A stretch of DNA of 59,774 nucleotides. Source: Gaiellales bacterium (GTDB lineage Bacteria; Actinomycetota; Thermoleophilia; Gaiellales; JAICJC01). This document shows positions 59,546 to 59,774 of the stretch, one piece after another. The stretch is from the NCBI GenBank assembly GCA_036263035.1, contig DATAHR010000264.1, forward strand, positions 1 through 59,774, in the 5' to 3' direction. The translations under genes were made by a program, and so were the position numbers. Below the pieces are notes generated by a model. That model saw nothing but the letters and a program-made list of their open reading frames with translations, had not been told where the DNA came from and did no database searches. The stretch's first letter is position 1. Every line of letters begins with the position of its first letter.

Positions 59546-59774
59546 CACGCCTCCCGGTCGTAGTCGACGGTGCCGTCGGCGTGGATGTGGGCGCTGGCGC
59601 GGCGCGCGGCCCAGCATTGGTAGTTCACGGCCACGGGATTCAACGTGATGTGCGTGTGCGCCTGCTCCACGTGCACGGAGAGGACGGTGGTGTCGCCGCC
59701 CAGGCCCATCGGGCCGATGCCGGTCTCGTTCAGGAGCTCGAACAGCTCCCGCTCGAGCTGGGCGACGTCCGGGT
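59545..59774 (-). CDS. Fe-S type hydro-lyase alpha subunit, C-terminal fragment (N-terminus beyond the right edge)
   Basis: My translation: PDVAQLERELFELLNETGIGPMGLGGDTTVLSVHVEQAHTHITLNPVAVNYQCWAARRASAHI.... TGATG overlap with the beta subunit. Confidence 0.75.
   Translation of the reverse strand, partial: PDVAQLERELFELLNETGIGPMGLGGDTTVLSVHVEQAHTHITLNPVAVNYQCWAARRASAHIHADGTVDYDREA

Noticed and set aside
1-59774. CRISPR arrays, rRNA or tRNA genes, transposases, integrases, prophage or defence-system genes
   Set aside because: I scanned for regularly spaced direct repeats, tRNA-like cloverleaf cores, DDE/tyrosine/serine recombinase motifs, and nuclease/helicase/ATPase defence signatures. None was found, and all sizeable ORFs were otherwise assigned.

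Overview
High-GC (roughly 70%) chromosomal segment. Gene content and start-site architecture look Actinomycetota-like, possibly Thermoleophilia or Rubrobacteria (inference only). I call 67 protein-coding genes. I found no rRNA, tRNA, CRISPR array, transposase, integrase or phage genes by eye. Many long Arg/Gly/Ala/Pro-rich ORFs in the track are frame or antisense shadows of real genes and were discarded. Content from left to right: (1) a glutamine-synthetase-like / PuuD-like pair; (2) an unusual two-component-like operon at 3065-5124, in which the histidine-kinase DHp (HisKA_3) domain is fused to a PfkB sugar-kinase domain instead of a GHKL ATPase, and is flanked by a NarL-type and a CheY-type response regulator; (3) envelope and housekeeping genes (CDF transporter with three tandem C-terminal domains, HtrA, lipid kinase, ClpP-fold protease, GtrA plus GT-C glycosyltransferase, YmdB, AI-2E, XRE-TPR, hemB-hemL); (4) a futalosine-pathway menaquinone supercluster (UbiD, UbiX, MenG, polyprenyl synthase, mqnE-mqnA-mqnC) with a Bacillus-type qcrABC menaquinol:cytochrome c reductase embedded in it; (5) a large glycan/envelope island (DegT, DUF354, Wzz-like, hddA-gmhA-gmhB heptose genes, GT4, phosphoglycosyl transferase, FemAB-like, GT2, cAMP module, sulfotransferase, PQQ propeller, two O-antigen-ligase-like proteins); (6) a sulfur-activation / sulfonate operon (Fe-S hydro-lyase alpha-beta, comA, cysH, cysC, sat) followed by a separately promoted TauE exporter. 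The strongest candidates for something undescribed are the DHp-PfkB signalling operon, the hydro-lyase-comA-cysH-cysC-sat sulfonate operon linked to a sulfated heptose-glycan island, and a composite intergenic repeat family at two convergent gene junctions (about 21.4 kb and 42.0 kb). All calls come from reading translations and motifs. No database search was run.
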